Of a stretch of DNA of 64,000 nt, positions 40,126 to 54,306 are shown one piece after another. Source of the DNA: Vicugna vicugna (lineage: Eukaryota); NCBI GenBank assembly GCA_013265495.1, contig MU058781.1:10273009-10337008 (forward strand), given 5' to 3'. How positions within the stretch are numbered: the stretch's first letter is position 1; every line of letters starts with the position of its first letter. A program made the position numbers and the translations under genes. The notes beneath the pieces were generated by a model, which saw only the letters and a program-made list of their open reading frames with translations, did no database searches and was not told where the DNA came from.

Positions 40126-43100
40126 TTGAATATATTTTAATTTCATTGTAGTCATTTTCCCCCTTAAAGTCAAGTAACCTTAATTTCTTTTACATTCTTC
40201 TATGTCCTCATTGCCAATTATGTAATCATTTCCAATGCTCTACTTTAGTGTCCTTACACATATTCAAAATCATTCATCTTATTCACTCTTTAAACAATTC
40301 TGAACACAAAATGAAAAGTTACATGATAGAAAACACAAAAAATTAAATATTTTAGAAAAACTATCACATAGCAAGCACTCACAGAGAAAGCTTAGGTTAA
40401 ACAGGCTTATACTTCAACAGCAGGGCTTAACTTAGATTTACTTGTTTACTTATAAACACCTGACTTACATCACAAAGGGGTTGTCAGAGATTTTAAAAAA
40501 ATAAACATAATAAAGACAAAACAAATACCTGAGAGAGAGTAAAGGGAACATAAGGGTTATACTCTAATAAACCCCTGGATATAAGAAGTATAAATATATG
40601 AAAGTTACACTGAAGTTGAAGAAAGGCAGGTCACAAATTTGCTCTCAAAGCTTTCAGCAGTGAAAGTAAAAAGGGAACCAGTATCAATTACAAGAATCAC
40701 AATATTCCTAAGACTAAAGAATGAAAATAAAATAGAAAACCATAATTCAGGAAAAAATATCCAAAAGTAAAAACCTGAGAAATTTCCCTCATAGCTTCTC
40801 ATAAACAGGCATTGGATAATGTAATAGCAATATTTATTGGGCTGTTGCTTATGGGGCTTCTCAATACAGGCAACTGGCATAAAGCTACTGGATAATTTAG
40901 TGAAAACCAATAAAAACGTTGCAAAACATTCTGGTTCAACGCCCAGCTCTTTGGTTTGACCCAAAGATAGAGTCAAAATATATACGAAAATAAATATTTA
41001 ACATGCCCATCAAGCCTACGGGTACAAACAATTCTCCACAGCCCGTGTTTTGACAAGGATTAAATGGCAGAGACTTAAACATTTTCACCTGCCTGAGAAG
41101 ACCTGCAGTGGCACTACTTGGTACTGCAGATTAAGTGTTCAATCATATCCCTCGAAACTCAATTAAACAAAAATAGTCTTCAACTGCCTTTCTTATCTAA
41201 GATAACAGTAGGACCTGGTCTTAAGAAAAGATATAAAGAAGAAACAATACATCAGCCCAAAGGAATAACTGAAATCCCCCCTTTTTCAAATTTAGGAACT
41301 ATCAGTCTTAAAAAACATGTAGTTCTAACACACTTGTGTAGAAATTATCTCTGGCTAGTCACAGACTTCTCTGAGAGAAATAAACTCAAATTCTAGTAGA
41401 ATCTGTGCTACTGATGTTAACTGATATTCATGGCAAGATGTGTGTTTCAACAGAAATAGTTTCTAGTACATGTGAAGTCAGAACACCGATCACATTTGGT
41501 AACTATGAAAGTGATCTGAAATGCACACAATGGTCTATAAATATAGTTCTGATTTGTTTGGCTTTCCACAAAATTAAAAATGAAATGCTACTACTCGTTT
41601 GCCAAACACATCAACTATTTGGTCAAATTCATTTTGAGGGAATCTGGAGAATGTTCCATTGTTTCAAAAGTTCCCTTTTTAGAAGAGGAGGCTTGCTCCC
41701 CACCCCCACACCCCAAGAGAGCAATGTAGAGAACAGAATTCTCCTGGAAAAAATTTCCAGCTCTAATTCTCAAGGAAAAGTAATTTCTTATTTGCCTCCT
41801 CAGCCCCCTTCGAGGACCACACGGCAGTTTTGTTCTATTGCTTTTTTTCCTTCCCCCTCCTGTAACCTCTCATTCTTACAGCGCTGAAAAGTTTAAACAA
41901 AAATGACTTTGTTTGGTTCTGCAGAATTAACACGACACTCAGGCTTATTTCTAATTGACTGCAGATGTTTTTTCAGCAGAGAAAAGCCTCAGCCTTGTGT
42001 GCATAATTCTTACACTGCCCTAATGGAGGGAAGCGAGTCCAAAATTAGCAACTTTCTCAAGTCAAATCTGGCTATGTGCCACTTAAGACTTTGGTTTTTG
42101 TTGTTGTTTTGTTTTGTTTTGTTATATATATATTTTCCAATTTTCCCAGGGTGTTCAGACAGAAGATCTTAAAAAATCTGCACAGGGAGGACCACCACGT
42201 TTGTAAGAAACTTAGAAACTCACACTAATCATTGTGGCAGTGCGTTTACGTCTCCACTCTGCTCTCTGCCCTCAGAAATAGAACTTTAAAAAAAATCGCA
42301 AAATCGTTGATCTCTGCACAGCAGAGTGTCAAGCTTTGGAGGGAATGAGGTCAACTCCAGGGTTCTGTTTTGACTGCCCTGAGACGGAGCTGCTGACATG
42401 GACAGACTTGTGAACACCAGCTGAAGACAGGGACACTCTGTGTTCTTTTGACTCTTGGCTTCAACAATTTGCTGCGAAAGATGTTACAACCTCATTGTTC
42501 CTTCCAGATCCAAGGCCCTGTGTTTATGTGTCCAGAACAGCAGGTCTTGGGGCTGATTATGTTGTCTTTTTAAATTATCACTTTGATTATTGAGAACATC
42601 ATAATTAGGTGGTTCGTGTACAACGTCTCTGCTCCAGAGGCCTGACCACGGGACTGACTAGAGAAAGAATGCATGGCCCATGGAGACGTGTGTTGTAGGT
42701 GGAGGAGGTGTGTGTGCTGTGCTCTTCTCTCCTTTCGGTGGAAATTTCAGGACAATTAAGCCAACTTTCAGAAGGTATGATTACATCTAATGTGAAAATA
42801 AAGAATCCCCAGGGATTACACATTCATACTTGAGGAAAGAATGTCTAAGTGGTTAGAGGGACGTTGTAATAATGCTAATGAACAGAGAAGTCAGACCCTG
42901 GTGTACACTCAGGACTGGATTTAGACAGATACTCAGTGAAGGAAGAGGATTCCTGACGACCACCAGCATCGTCAGCCCCCCACCCAGACTGCTGACGTGC
43001 GGCTACTCTCACCTGGAGCCCTCTTGCTGCCCTGCGGTCACTGGGTTTTTATTGGTTTCAACAGTATGCTTGCATTTTGGAAAAGTTCATCTGCAAGTAC

Positions 43101-46100
43101 AGCGTCGACAGCAGGTTTTAGTGATCCAGACAACACTGACTTACCATGGATTTTGCCTCCACGGAATTATTTTCAAGGACTCAGTTACACAATCATTCAG
43201 ATCCTAATTTAGATAGAGGAAGCATCCTTTTGGCATATGGTTTCAAAAAAGACTTTCAAGCAAAACTTAACACTTTGAGGAGAGAGGAAAGATATATTCA
43301 TCTTCTGTTTTTGTTTTTGTTTTTTCTTCCGGTAATCGTAATAGGCCTTCCAGGAAGTCTCTGTCACGGACTCAGAGCAGGTCACAGCTTGAGAAGCTAG
43401 AGGTGGACTCTTGGCTTCTAGAGAACCAGCTCTTCTCTTGCTCAGACTGTGTTTATGAAAATGGAAAAGTCACGAGAGCATATCCTACTGGGTTGTGTTT
43501 TTTTCCCCCACATTGTAGGAAATTGTTGTTAATAAACTACTTAAACATTAAAAATGTAGGAATTTCTGAAGTTGCTGTAATAATAAGACACTGTCCTTAA
43601 GAGCTGGGAAGGTTTAATGGGCTCAGCCCATCTCTGTGCATATGAGAAGATCTGGCGCTTTAATGATAAATAATGAGCATGCTATTTCAAAGTGGAAACA
43701 GCAATATGAAAGTTGAGGAAAAAGAATTACTGGACACATGAACAATGTCTTTATAAATACCCTCTACGTGAGAATTCTTACAGGTTAAGAGATGTTAAGC
43801 TTCCATATGCCAAGTAGCATACCTACCTGCCTGACCTATGACCTTACCAAGCAGATGCCAAGGTGAGTTGAATATAGGTGATAACAAATTATAAAGCGTA
43901 TATAGCTTTTAGAAAGAAAAGAAGTACCAAAAAACACTAGAAAATCAAACCAACACCTGCTTCTTTCAGAGCCTGAAGGAAAAGAGGATTATTTTTGAAG
44001 CATGTTTAAATTCAAACAGCAGTAGAAAAAGACTTGTATTATCCATAATCAAGGAAAACATTTTAGGCTGATTTCAGCCAAAAAGACTAAGCCAGAATAC
44101 AGTAACTAGTAAACAGATTTTCCCCCCATGCAATACCAACAAAGAGCTTGGACACACTGACCCACAGGGCTGGATAGCCAGGAAACAAAAGCCTTTCCTC
44201 AACGCCTTAGAAATTTGATATTAAGCAGTTCCCAATGCACTTAATTTTTGGTTTCTTTTCTCTCAGTTTCAGTCTCTGTTTGTTACCTGCTCTGTGTATT
44301 TACCTCTAAAGCACCTAGCTAATAGCTTTTAGCTAAATAACTTCTGCTTTTAAAGGGAATTCACAGTGTCGTACTCTCACGTTATCTTGTAATTGATTGT
44401 TTTTAATGGATGGGTCTTTCTGTTTAACTAAGGATTTCTGACCTTTAGGACTGTTAGTATTTCTAGGTGATATTTACTCTGTTGATCTCTTGCTTTCATT
44501 GTTCCTTTGCACTCTTTGTGTGTAGTTTCTATGTTTAAACTGGTGATCTCATGTATTTTGAAACTAAACACTCAATCTCCTTGGTCTGTATACTTTCTGG
44601 TCTCTAGCTGTGGAAGCACCCTCCTAATCCACCAGATAATGTTGAAATCACAGCTTCAGATAAACTCTGGTGCTTCCTGTTGGAGGAGAGGAGTTACCTG
44701 TTGGGGCTTAGCAACTCTAACTTATTTTCTGTTTGATTTTTGTTTACTATAGCTAATAATATCAGACTTCGGCATTTCAACAACTTACTGAGTAAGGAGG
44801 AAAAGAAAAAATTTTCTGTAAGACCTTCACACTATGGATTATTTGCTACTTTGGGGGAATGATTAAGGGTAAAATGGTACACTTAAAACAGTGTTACTTA
44901 TTCCCCAAGGACAATATCGAGTTACAAATTATCTACCAGATGGTTTGAGGTCAGTTCTCCTGGGATGGGGTGAGATTGAGAGGGTATGTGAAATAAAGTT
45001 AAACAAATGCTTAAGGAGGTTCTAAAGGAAAGAATCAAATAAAGGGGTGTATGAAAGTGGAAAAGATCAGTGGAATACTTTTTATCTTAATAACTTGTTC
45101 TATACTTATGGGCTCAGAAGCCCGTAAGCAAGGTTCAACCTCCAGTTTACATCACCTGGAGTTAGGAGGCAAGTCTGCCTGGATCCCTGTCCCATGGCAC
45201 GGCCCCTGGAATGAGAAGGCTGGAATGGAAGTGGAATGATGACTGTGAGTCACTGCACCCTAAAGTGGATGCCATCCAATCTTCCCACATCACTCCTATG
45301 TTAGCTAAGCAATGTCCTTCACAGGGAACAGGAAACCTCTCAGGAGTCTTCGAAGAATAAAAGCAGTAATTGAAAGTGAGGTGCTTAAGCAGTCCCAGCA
45401 AGCAAGAAAATGCAACAAATACCATTCTATTTACTGGCTTTCAAAAATTGAAAAAGAAAAAAAAAAGATTTAGCACCAGAGTGCATTTAAGAAAGAAAAA
45501 TCAAGACAGTCTAGCAGAAGCTGGGGGAGGAGGGAACACACGGAGTAAAAATTCCCTCTGAGCCTACAGAAAGCAATAAGAGTTCTCATTTAACCTCAGA
45601 AAATGACTTGAGAATCACTTGTACTTTGAAACGATTCTAAATTGCAAACTAATTTCCCAGTGGGATATGTTGATGGCCTACTGTACACAGCATAAATAAT
45701 GAGTTTGCAACCAGGACCCCAAATAAAGCAGTGCACGTTCATGGAATTTATGAACATTTTTTTCCCCATCTGACATTGCAATGTTAATGCTTCCAGTTAG
45801 GAGTTTTACTGTGTCAGCAGGTGAATTCCCTGGCAGTAAGTCAAGCTCTAATGGAACACGCTGGTAGGAATGATTATGCCATTGCAGTGTAAAACTCTGG
45901 TGCCAGTATTAGGCTTCTAGAATACACGGGCACAGCCTGCTCCCTACCCCGACCGCAGATGTTCTCGGCTGTTTGACTTTTAATGTTACACTTGAAATTG
46001 ACTATGGCAAAGTAAGATTTCTATTTTATACAGGATTTCAGAACTGGAAATTATAATAATATCAAGCCAAGCCTTCTTTTCTATACAAGAAAGAAATCTG

Positions 46101-46899
46101 AGGCTGGTTAGATGGTACCCATTAGTAAGTGGCAGGACTAGGATGCTAACCCAGGACCCCTCTATTCGTGCTCTGTTCCTGTCTCTCTTTAGGGTGCTGC
46201 CTCTTGCTCAAAAAAAAAAGTTGGATGCAATAAATTTTATAAATGTGTTTAAGAAAACTGGACAAAAATATGAATCTGCAGTATAATAACAGAAGACAAA
46301 GCATACGCTGGTATATCTGATCACTCAGACTTCTCTGACTGAGAGACAGACATGCAGTGAGAAGTCTACAACTGAGTATGATTTTTCACAAGGCTTCATC
46401 CTCAAAATTAATGATATTACTAGACTGAATGTGACTGAACAGTTAGTATGATGCCTAAAAACAACTTGCTGAGGTTATGACCGATGGTCCTTACTCGCCT
46501 TCAAAAGTGAAGAAATACCTTTGAGTCAGAAACAACTGAAATTTCCTAAGAAAGCCTTGTGTGCCACGTTGCTCAGGAAGGTGTAGCCTGGGTACACTCA
46601 GCCATAGCTCTTCTGAGACCATTCAGGGGTGTCTATTCTGTGGGGGACATGTGGTTTCCTCCACAAGAGCGATGCCCAAATTCTTAGCCACTCATCCCAG
46701 GGTGTTTACTCTGCTACACAGTACAGACTCCGCCCCTCAGAGCAATTCCATTTCTACAACCTTCCTTAAGCATCCCACGGTTCATACAGCTGGCAGCAGT
46801 GTTGCTTTGCTGCACCTTCTTCGTTCATTATAGGCTTCTAACCCTAAGCCTATAGGCACAATCTGAGTTCTGGTCTAGCATGAAGTTGGTGCCACCATT

Positions 46900-48460
46900 A
46901 CAAAGCCATTCCATCTGGGCTTGGACGTCAACCAGCAATCCTTTGCTCATTGGTTCCTTTTCCTCTTCTTTACATCCACTGTTTTAGTCAACGCTCTTTT
47001 CAAATCCTTTACTTGATTTCTTCATCATCGTTCTTTATAGATAAGCATCCTTTTCCATTTCTACAAAGTCCATCAAGAATACCTCAAACTGGCACCCATC
47101 GCCATCAAACTGTACCCCAGACCATCACCCTCTCCTTTCCTACACTTGTCCTTCTATTGTCTGGACCCTATCACGTTTTGCTCCAAAAGTTGTCCACTCT
47201 TTTCATATAGCCTTTTTCTTTCAGCAGGCAAACATGTTAAAATATCTTCAATCCAAGAGCCAGAAGAAAAGCAGAAACAAAAAATTCATTTGGCCACCCA
47301 TCTCCCTTTAGCTGTTACTCTGCTCACCTTTCTTTAAAGAGAAAGCACTTCCTTACCTCTACAACTTTCCTACGAACAGGCACCTCTGCCCCCCAACCCA
47401 GACACATTTTACCAAGCCTATCCAAGGCTTTCCAGATGCTAATGTCAAATAACATGTTTAATTCTTCAACCTACTAAGATTCTCTGCTGAATTTGTCCCT
47501 TCTTACAACCCCTCTTCCTTTGGCATCAGTGACACTACTTTGTCCCGATTTTCCTGTAACTATTCTTGACAATTCTTGGCTGGTTTCCATTTCTATCTCT
47601 TACATGTTGGTGTTCCTCAGGATCACATCATCAGCCTTTGCTTTTTGTCCCATTTCACCCACTCTCTTTGGGTGAAAATGCAGCTCTCCTGGCCGCAACT
47701 GCCATTTCCACGTGGTAGCTCCCAAGTCTGCACTTCCAATCCAGACCTCTCTTCTGTGTAACAGAAAAATATGTTCTACTATCAACTGGACTTCATTTGC
47801 AGGAATTGACATATACACTTCTAAGTAGATGCAAATCTGGAGCCAGCCCCTTCTTACTTACCTCCACCTCATCCTTCCATGTTCTTCACCTGAGTGACGT
47901 ATTCATCCACCCAGCCGACTAAATTAGGCAACCCATCACTCTCTTTCTCTCGCTTCCTTAACTTTTCAATCCAATTAGTGGCAACGATGCTATATATATT
48001 CTTTCATCTTAATGTCTCTCAAATCGTCTGTCTCTTCACTCCTCCAGCTCCACTGCCTTGGTTCAGACCAACTGGCGCACTCCCAGATTATGGATTATTG
48101 AAATAGCCAGCCCAGCGGTTTCCCTGCCTCCCCCCACGCCTTCCTCCGTTTCCTCCTCCCATGTGGATAGTGAGATGAAAAACATCCTTTAGATGTGCCA
48201 CGTGACTAAGGATAAAAGCCAAACTGCTTCACATGACACTGAAGGCTCTCTGACACCTCTTGCGTCTTTGCCCTACAGTCTCGAGCACGTGCTAAATGGC
48301 CTGAGAAGCCTGTCCTCTCGCATCTGTCGTGGTGCTTACACAGAGCACTGTTCCTGGTGTTCACCTTCTCCCTTCTCCATAAGCCCCAAGGTGGGAGGCT
48401 GCGACCAGGTCTCTCAACACCTCAGGAGGCCTGGTTCATACTAAATACTCAGTAATATTT
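46900..48460 (+). mobile_element. LINE-2 remnant
   Basis: C/T-rich degenerate L2 (tggtgttcctcagg; tcccaagtctgcacttccaatccagacctctc; tccctgcctcc). Confidence 0.6.
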
Positions 48461-48627
48461 CTCAGGCAACTAGATGGCCATGTATCTAAAGTACATTATT
48501 ATAATCATGGTCATACATTCTCAAGCATATGCTTTCATGTATTTTTATCTTTTTGTTTCATTAGATGCATTTATAAAACATTAAATGGCAGACTGCATCC
48601 CCCCCAATTCTTACCTTAGTCTTCAAG

Positions 48628-48848
48628 CTAATAATAAACATATTTAATTGAGGACTTATTATTTTCTCCCAAGCATGTTTTTATTACCTTGCCTTAATTT
48701 ACTTATTTAATTTCTTCAAAAACTACATGGAGTTATTATTATTATCTCTGCTTTATGTATGAGAAAATTGATGCAGGGAGAGGAGCAGAGTGGAGCTTGA
48801 AGATGCGGGTCCAGAGCCCCCCTTTTTAACTGCGCTGACATCCTGCCC
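48628..48848 (-). mobile_element. MIR remnant
   Basis: ataataaacatattt...ttattattattatctctgctttatgtatgagaaaattgatgcagggag. Confidence 0.55.
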
Positions 48849-51800
48849 AAGTATCAGTGTTCCGCAGCCTTGGGGTTGTGCTTCATCCTAGGTTTCCTTC
48901 CATTCATTCTTTCTTTAAATACACTCATTAGAACTTAATTTTTATAATTTCAAGAATCAGTAGCAATACATTTTCCGACCTGAAGATGACACTTCTTCCT
49001 AAGAGTAGCCTATCCTTGTTTCTAGCAGTCTGTAACACGTACATAGTGTAAAGAGAGGATTACAAAAAACAGCCATGAATGAGTGGCAAAAACTATTAAG
49101 GTCTAAAAGTGCTTAAACATTCCCTTCAGAATCCACAGATAGTAAAAGATAATTAAAATACATTAGTACATCCATCCAAAGAGTGCCATAAAAGATATCT
49201 AATGGTGACAGAGATTCCTGTCGCATTTTTTGTATTTGTTGACTGAATTATGAGTGAAATATATCCCAGTCATTGCCCAAAACATGAGGAGCTCTCCATA
49301 TGTTCATATACCTCCAGAGTCACACAATCCACAAACTTCCAACTATTATAAACTCTTTTAAAAATAAAATGTAATACTCCTAGTCTAAAACACACTTCTA
49401 AGTGCCAAGTTCTTCCTAGAGTATTAGGACTTGTGTCAGGGTAATGGTGACAGAAGGAATAAATCTGTTCCTTTGTTTATGCCCACAGTTGGAAACAAAG
49501 TGAGTATCAGCCCACACAATTCAGTTGGCATTATTCTAAAATACCCTCCTCCCACATGAGGCAGGATTTCATATTTGCAGAAAGTATTTATCCCAGGGGC
49601 TGCAAGCAATATGACATTGACTCTGTCTCAGACTTCTAAATCGCCATATTTAGGTAGGTTACAAAGGCCACGTCAAGTGTCTTTCAACACATTGTAAGAA
49701 TGAGGAATGTGGTGGAAAGGACTATACATTCTTAGAAGGGCTGCATCTATTTAACCACTTTGTAATGGACATCAGCGGGATAGCAGCCTAGCCTGCACTT
49801 ACCAATGTTTGACCGAGTAGATGGTCATTTTGCAGGAAGCCACTGGTTACCCAGGACTTTTCAGGGTGGGTCCATGACAGCGTGGTCTGGCCACATATAT
49901 CAAAAGCTGAGGGAAGTGGGGCACCAGTCTTCACATTTGCTTGAATGCCAAGTTGAAACTATGAAGATGTTTTATTGTCTGAACAGTGACGGTGTCCTGA
50001 GCTGTATCATGATATTAAGTCAAATTACTTCCGCTTAATTCTCATCACAGCATGATTTTTAAATTAAAATTAAATGTTTGTCTTTTCTCTTTTAGTTGCT
50101 ACTTACCCCTTATGTAAAAGGCATGAAAGAGTTAAGTAGCAAAACCCACTAATACAGACTTTTTCTGCAGAAAGTCATGTTTTTAATTAACTCACTTACT
50201 TCTTTTATAAGCATTTGTTACTCATATCTACAATGTATCTGTCACTGAACCAGGCAATAGAAATGCAAATACAAAGATATCTCCTTTGCTTTCAAGAAGG
50301 TTATAACGTCTTAGAGAAGACACACAAAATTAGGTTACAGTGGAATATGATGAGTGCTTCAGCAGTAATATGAATATTTGCTCTGGAAAACATACCAGCA
50401 ACAAAAATTTTTGGTTTTAGCTGATAGCCTTATAGAGAAGAAATCTTTGCCTTAATTAATGAATAGAAGCTCACCTGAAAGGGGGGTTTGCTTTACATTC
50501 TAGTGCAAAAACATTGTAGCAGAATGGTCTGATCTATCTTTCAACTCCTGCAGCTGCAGTGGGGGGGTGACTATGGTATTGAAGAAGACAGTGACCTTTT
50601 TACAGGACCAAAGGGAAAACCTGTCAGTAAATGGCCTTGGGCTTTCATCTCAGAAGTTACTTTAAACACATCTTAATTTGAGGAGCTGCATAAATCTCTC
50701 CCCACCACAGACTTGAAGCTTGAATGCATTTGCAAACATTTCAAAACACTACCAAGATTTTGTTCCTTGTAATGGTTGCAAACATCCCATAGATTTAGGT
50801 AACAGCAATCAGGAATCAGAAGATATCAAAATGATACAAGCGTAGAGCTGTGATTAATAGAGGCACAGAGAACATAAGGATGAAATGTGAAGAACTGCCA
50901 CTACAGAAACTGACCATGCTCCACTGTTACCGTGGAGGATTTCACACCACAGTACAGCCGGTCTTTCAAAGACAGTGAGAGAAGCCAGAGCCACAGAATT
51001 TTAAAGATGAGGAAAGATCTGAATGAAGACCCCCACTGAGACCCCTTGTCCCACTGCTTCTGGATGAGGTCACAAATACTACGGTAAGGAGGTAATCCCA
51101 TTTAATAGGTTGCAACTATACCTGAACCTTACCTACTTTTCTTGTTATGTATGGCCCAAAGATGAATGGTGCATTGTTTAGCTGCACATTTCCTGGCATG
51201 TGGGCAGCTCTCCATAAATATTTACGGGAGGAATGTGTACACTGTAAATTGTTCATGCCACAACACAAGTAGTTTTCTTTCCCCCATATTAATCCTTTAT
51301 TAGTTATTATAAAGCGCATGTTAAAAGAATCCCTTCTACTGTTGCTACATAAAGGTCTTAGAAGGGAAAGGATGTACCAAACATCTGCAGCTACTGCTGA
51401 GTTATTCTAGTTCAATAAACCACGGAAAGTAATGCTGAAAGGAGGGTTCTTCAGTTTGACAGATCCTCTTCGTAGGCTAGCCTCCTTTTTAATCTACAGT
51501 TCTTACCTTTCTATAAATATCACTTAAATTGAGGGAAAAAAACAATCTGAGTTTGGTAGATTTTCATGGCACGTGTCAGACTGATAACTCTTTCGGTGAG
51601 TCAAGAGTTTATGTGGAACCCAAAAAGCTGTCATGAGTGACATATCTATGATGGCTCTGGTGGAAAAAGTTGCTTCATGTGCCTCTATCTTTGTTAATTA
51701 CTGAAAGAGACGTTTCTTAAAGCCCAGACCATGTTAGACAATGAAGAAAGGGATTTTAAGCCATTTCATAGGAAAGAATTTAAAAGTTTTCAAGGCTTTT

Positions 51801-52072
51801 AAAAAAACCGTCAGAAATTAACCTAAATTATACAATACTTACCAAGACTCCAAATAACCAAAAGCTAAAATAATCCAAATTTGATGTTGTAACTACTATT
51901 ATTCATACTTTTGGTTTATGACTAGAAATAACATCCTAGTTCTTCCTGAATCACAGAATTAAATTTAGAATAACTGTATTATGATGTATATTTGATAATA
52001 TTCTGTTCATCTGAATATTGGTCTATCATATAAATGTTACACATTTATTCACTCATTCAAAAAAGCATTTAT

Positions 52073-52190
52073 GGCGGGGAAGGGTGTAGCTCTGTGGTAG
52101 AGTACGTGCTTAGCATGCCCGAGGTTCTGGATTCAATCCCCAGTACCTCCATTAAAAATAAAGAAAGAAACCTAACTAATCCCTCCTCCA
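52073..52190 (+). mobile_element. tRNA-derived SINE (vic-1-like)
   Basis: A box tagctctgtgg, B box-like gattcaatcc; degenerate TSD aaaaaagcatttat / aaaaaagcttttac; appears to sit in an L2 3' tail. Confidence 0.9.
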
Positions 52191-52577
52191 AAAAAAGCTT
52201 TTACTTTCTATTTGAGGGCAGTATGCTAGATACTATGGTTATAAATAAATGGATTGGTCCCTACCCTCAGGAAGATTAAAATCTAGTATATTAAAACTAC
52301 AACTTTTTGTTTGTTTTGTCACCTCTGTCTGGCCAATGACTGTCACATTTGACTAAGATGATGGATTCATAGCCATTGTGCAACAAAAAAGGTGGAGAAA
52401 AAGACACTAGACACAAGAAAGGATAACAAAAAGTCATCTATTATTTATACTGATAGCAGCACCTTATTATTATTATTATATTATTATTGTTATTAATAAA
52501 GCCTTTTTTTCCCCCATCAGATTGAAATCTCACTTTCAGGATACTTCAGGCCAAAACTTATTCAAGAAATAACCCCA

Positions 52578-52862
52578 AATCACAGATGTAGAAAACAAAC
52601 TTATGGTTACCACTGGGGGAAGGGGATGGAAAGGGATAAATTGGGAGTTTGAAATTTGTAGATACTACTATATATAAAATAAATAAACAAGTTTATACTG
52701 TATAGCACAGGGAACTATATTCACTATCTTATAGTAAACTATAATGAAAAGGAATATGAAAACAAATATATGTATTTATATGTATGACTGAACTATTGTA
52801 TACCAAAAATTGACATAACATTGTAAATTGACTGTTACTTCAATAAAATTTTTTAAAAAAAG
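52578..52862 (+). mobile_element. L1 3' UTR fragment
   Basis: agaaaacaaacttatggttacca...gggataaattgggagtttga...acttcaataaaa; TSD agaaataacccca / agaaagaatccca (11/13). Confidence 0.9.
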
Positions 52863-53582
52863 AGAAAGAATCCCAGCTACATGGTGGTAAAGAAAATTCA
52901 AGATTCAAGACAACTGAAGTCATAAATAGCTCATGGCTCAACTTAATTGTTCTTTCTCCTCTCAATGCTGCCTGTTAAAATTTTGTGATTGGAATGCTTT
53001 CCATCTGTGCCTTTACTTGAATTGTGCAAACATAGCTGATGAAAACCATTATCGCTCTTTTAGTCTCCAATCTGCTTTGTGTTGACACACTCACAACCAG
53101 ACAAGCGTTAGCTCAGTCACACACGATGTTATATATGCTTTATGTCCCATGTTCAGAGTTTCTCTCTGTACTTCAAACTGCTTTACTCACTCTTATTGTT
53201 ACGGAGAATATGTACCCACACGCATGCAGACATATTATCCATAGGATTGATCATTGTGAAAGTTGTGTTGGGTTCTTTTAAATATTAAACATTATTAAAT
53301 GTAAAGGTAATATTAAATGTAAAGGCTCTAGTAAATTAATGAAAACAATAGAATATGTTACTTCAGCAAATATTGGTTCTTGATATTTTTTTCCTCCAAT
53401 AAAGTGTTTTCACTTCTCTCACGCATTTACACATTCTTCTCACAAGGCTACCATGGTGACCAAGTACTGCTCTACAGGGCACCATTCACATTATTGTTTT
53501 TTTCAGTTATTGAATTCTTTATTTCTGGTTGGGTTTTATAATTTCTACTTCCTTGTTAAAATCCTCACTGGGTTCATCTATT

Positions 53583-53691
53583 CTTTTTTTGGGGGGTGGG
53601 TAATTACTTTTTTAATGGAGGTACTGGGGATTGAACCCAGGACCTTGTGCATGCTAGACAGACACTCTACCACTGAGCTATATCCTTCCCC
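53583..53691 (-). mobile_element. tRNA-derived SINE (vic-1-like)
   Basis: aatggaggtactggggattgaacccaggaccttgtgcatgcta...ctctaccactgagctatatccttcccc. Confidence 0.9.
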
Positions 53692-54282
53692 TAATGTAGA
53701 TGTATTTTGAATATGTTCATGAATATGTCCTTCTACTCTGCTATCTTGAATGATCTCCTACGGTGCTATTAAAAAAATAATTGTGTAGCTAATTTTATTT
53801 ATGGATGTCCTTTCTTAAAACCTCCTTTTCTAGAACAACTCATTGAAGAATTATCATATACGTAGTGTCTGTATTATGATTACTGCTCACACATTCCCTT
53901 GGTGATTATAGTCCTCATGTACCAAATAAACTATGTAAGATACCAAAGCTAAAAGTCAAATGGACCATTTCCCCTTTGGTCCCTCCATTTATACAACTCA
54001 TGCTTCTGAGTTTCTCTCTGTAATTATTATGTTCTGAGAGGAGATAACAAAATGTTCTTTGTAGACAGTACAGATACCTCTAAACCCAAATGATCTAAAT
54101 AGTCTATGTCTATATATTGTCGTGTAGATGGAACATTTTTGCAGCTCAGTCAGTGAAATGTATACTATTTCTATGCTTGAAGAGATTTGTAGCTGATTAC
54201 ATTTGTAGCACATAATACCTCTTCCCAGGAAATATGTTGATTTCATATAAGTGTTTTATGAAGGTGGTATGTAAGTATGCAC

Positions 54283-54306
54283 GTGTGTGTGTGTGTATGT
54301 GTGTGC
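54283..54306. repeat. Imperfect (TG)n microsatellite
   Basis: Read directly. Confidence 0.8.

Noticed and set aside
43145..43272. Minus-strand exon-like segment ending in ATG|GTAAGT
   Set aside because: All three frames contain stops and the acceptor is AAG. It cannot be supported without transcript data.
43784..43862. Plus-strand exon-like segment with strong AAG|GTGAGT donor
   Set aside because: Weak polypyrimidine tract and all three frames closed; likely a pseudo-exon.
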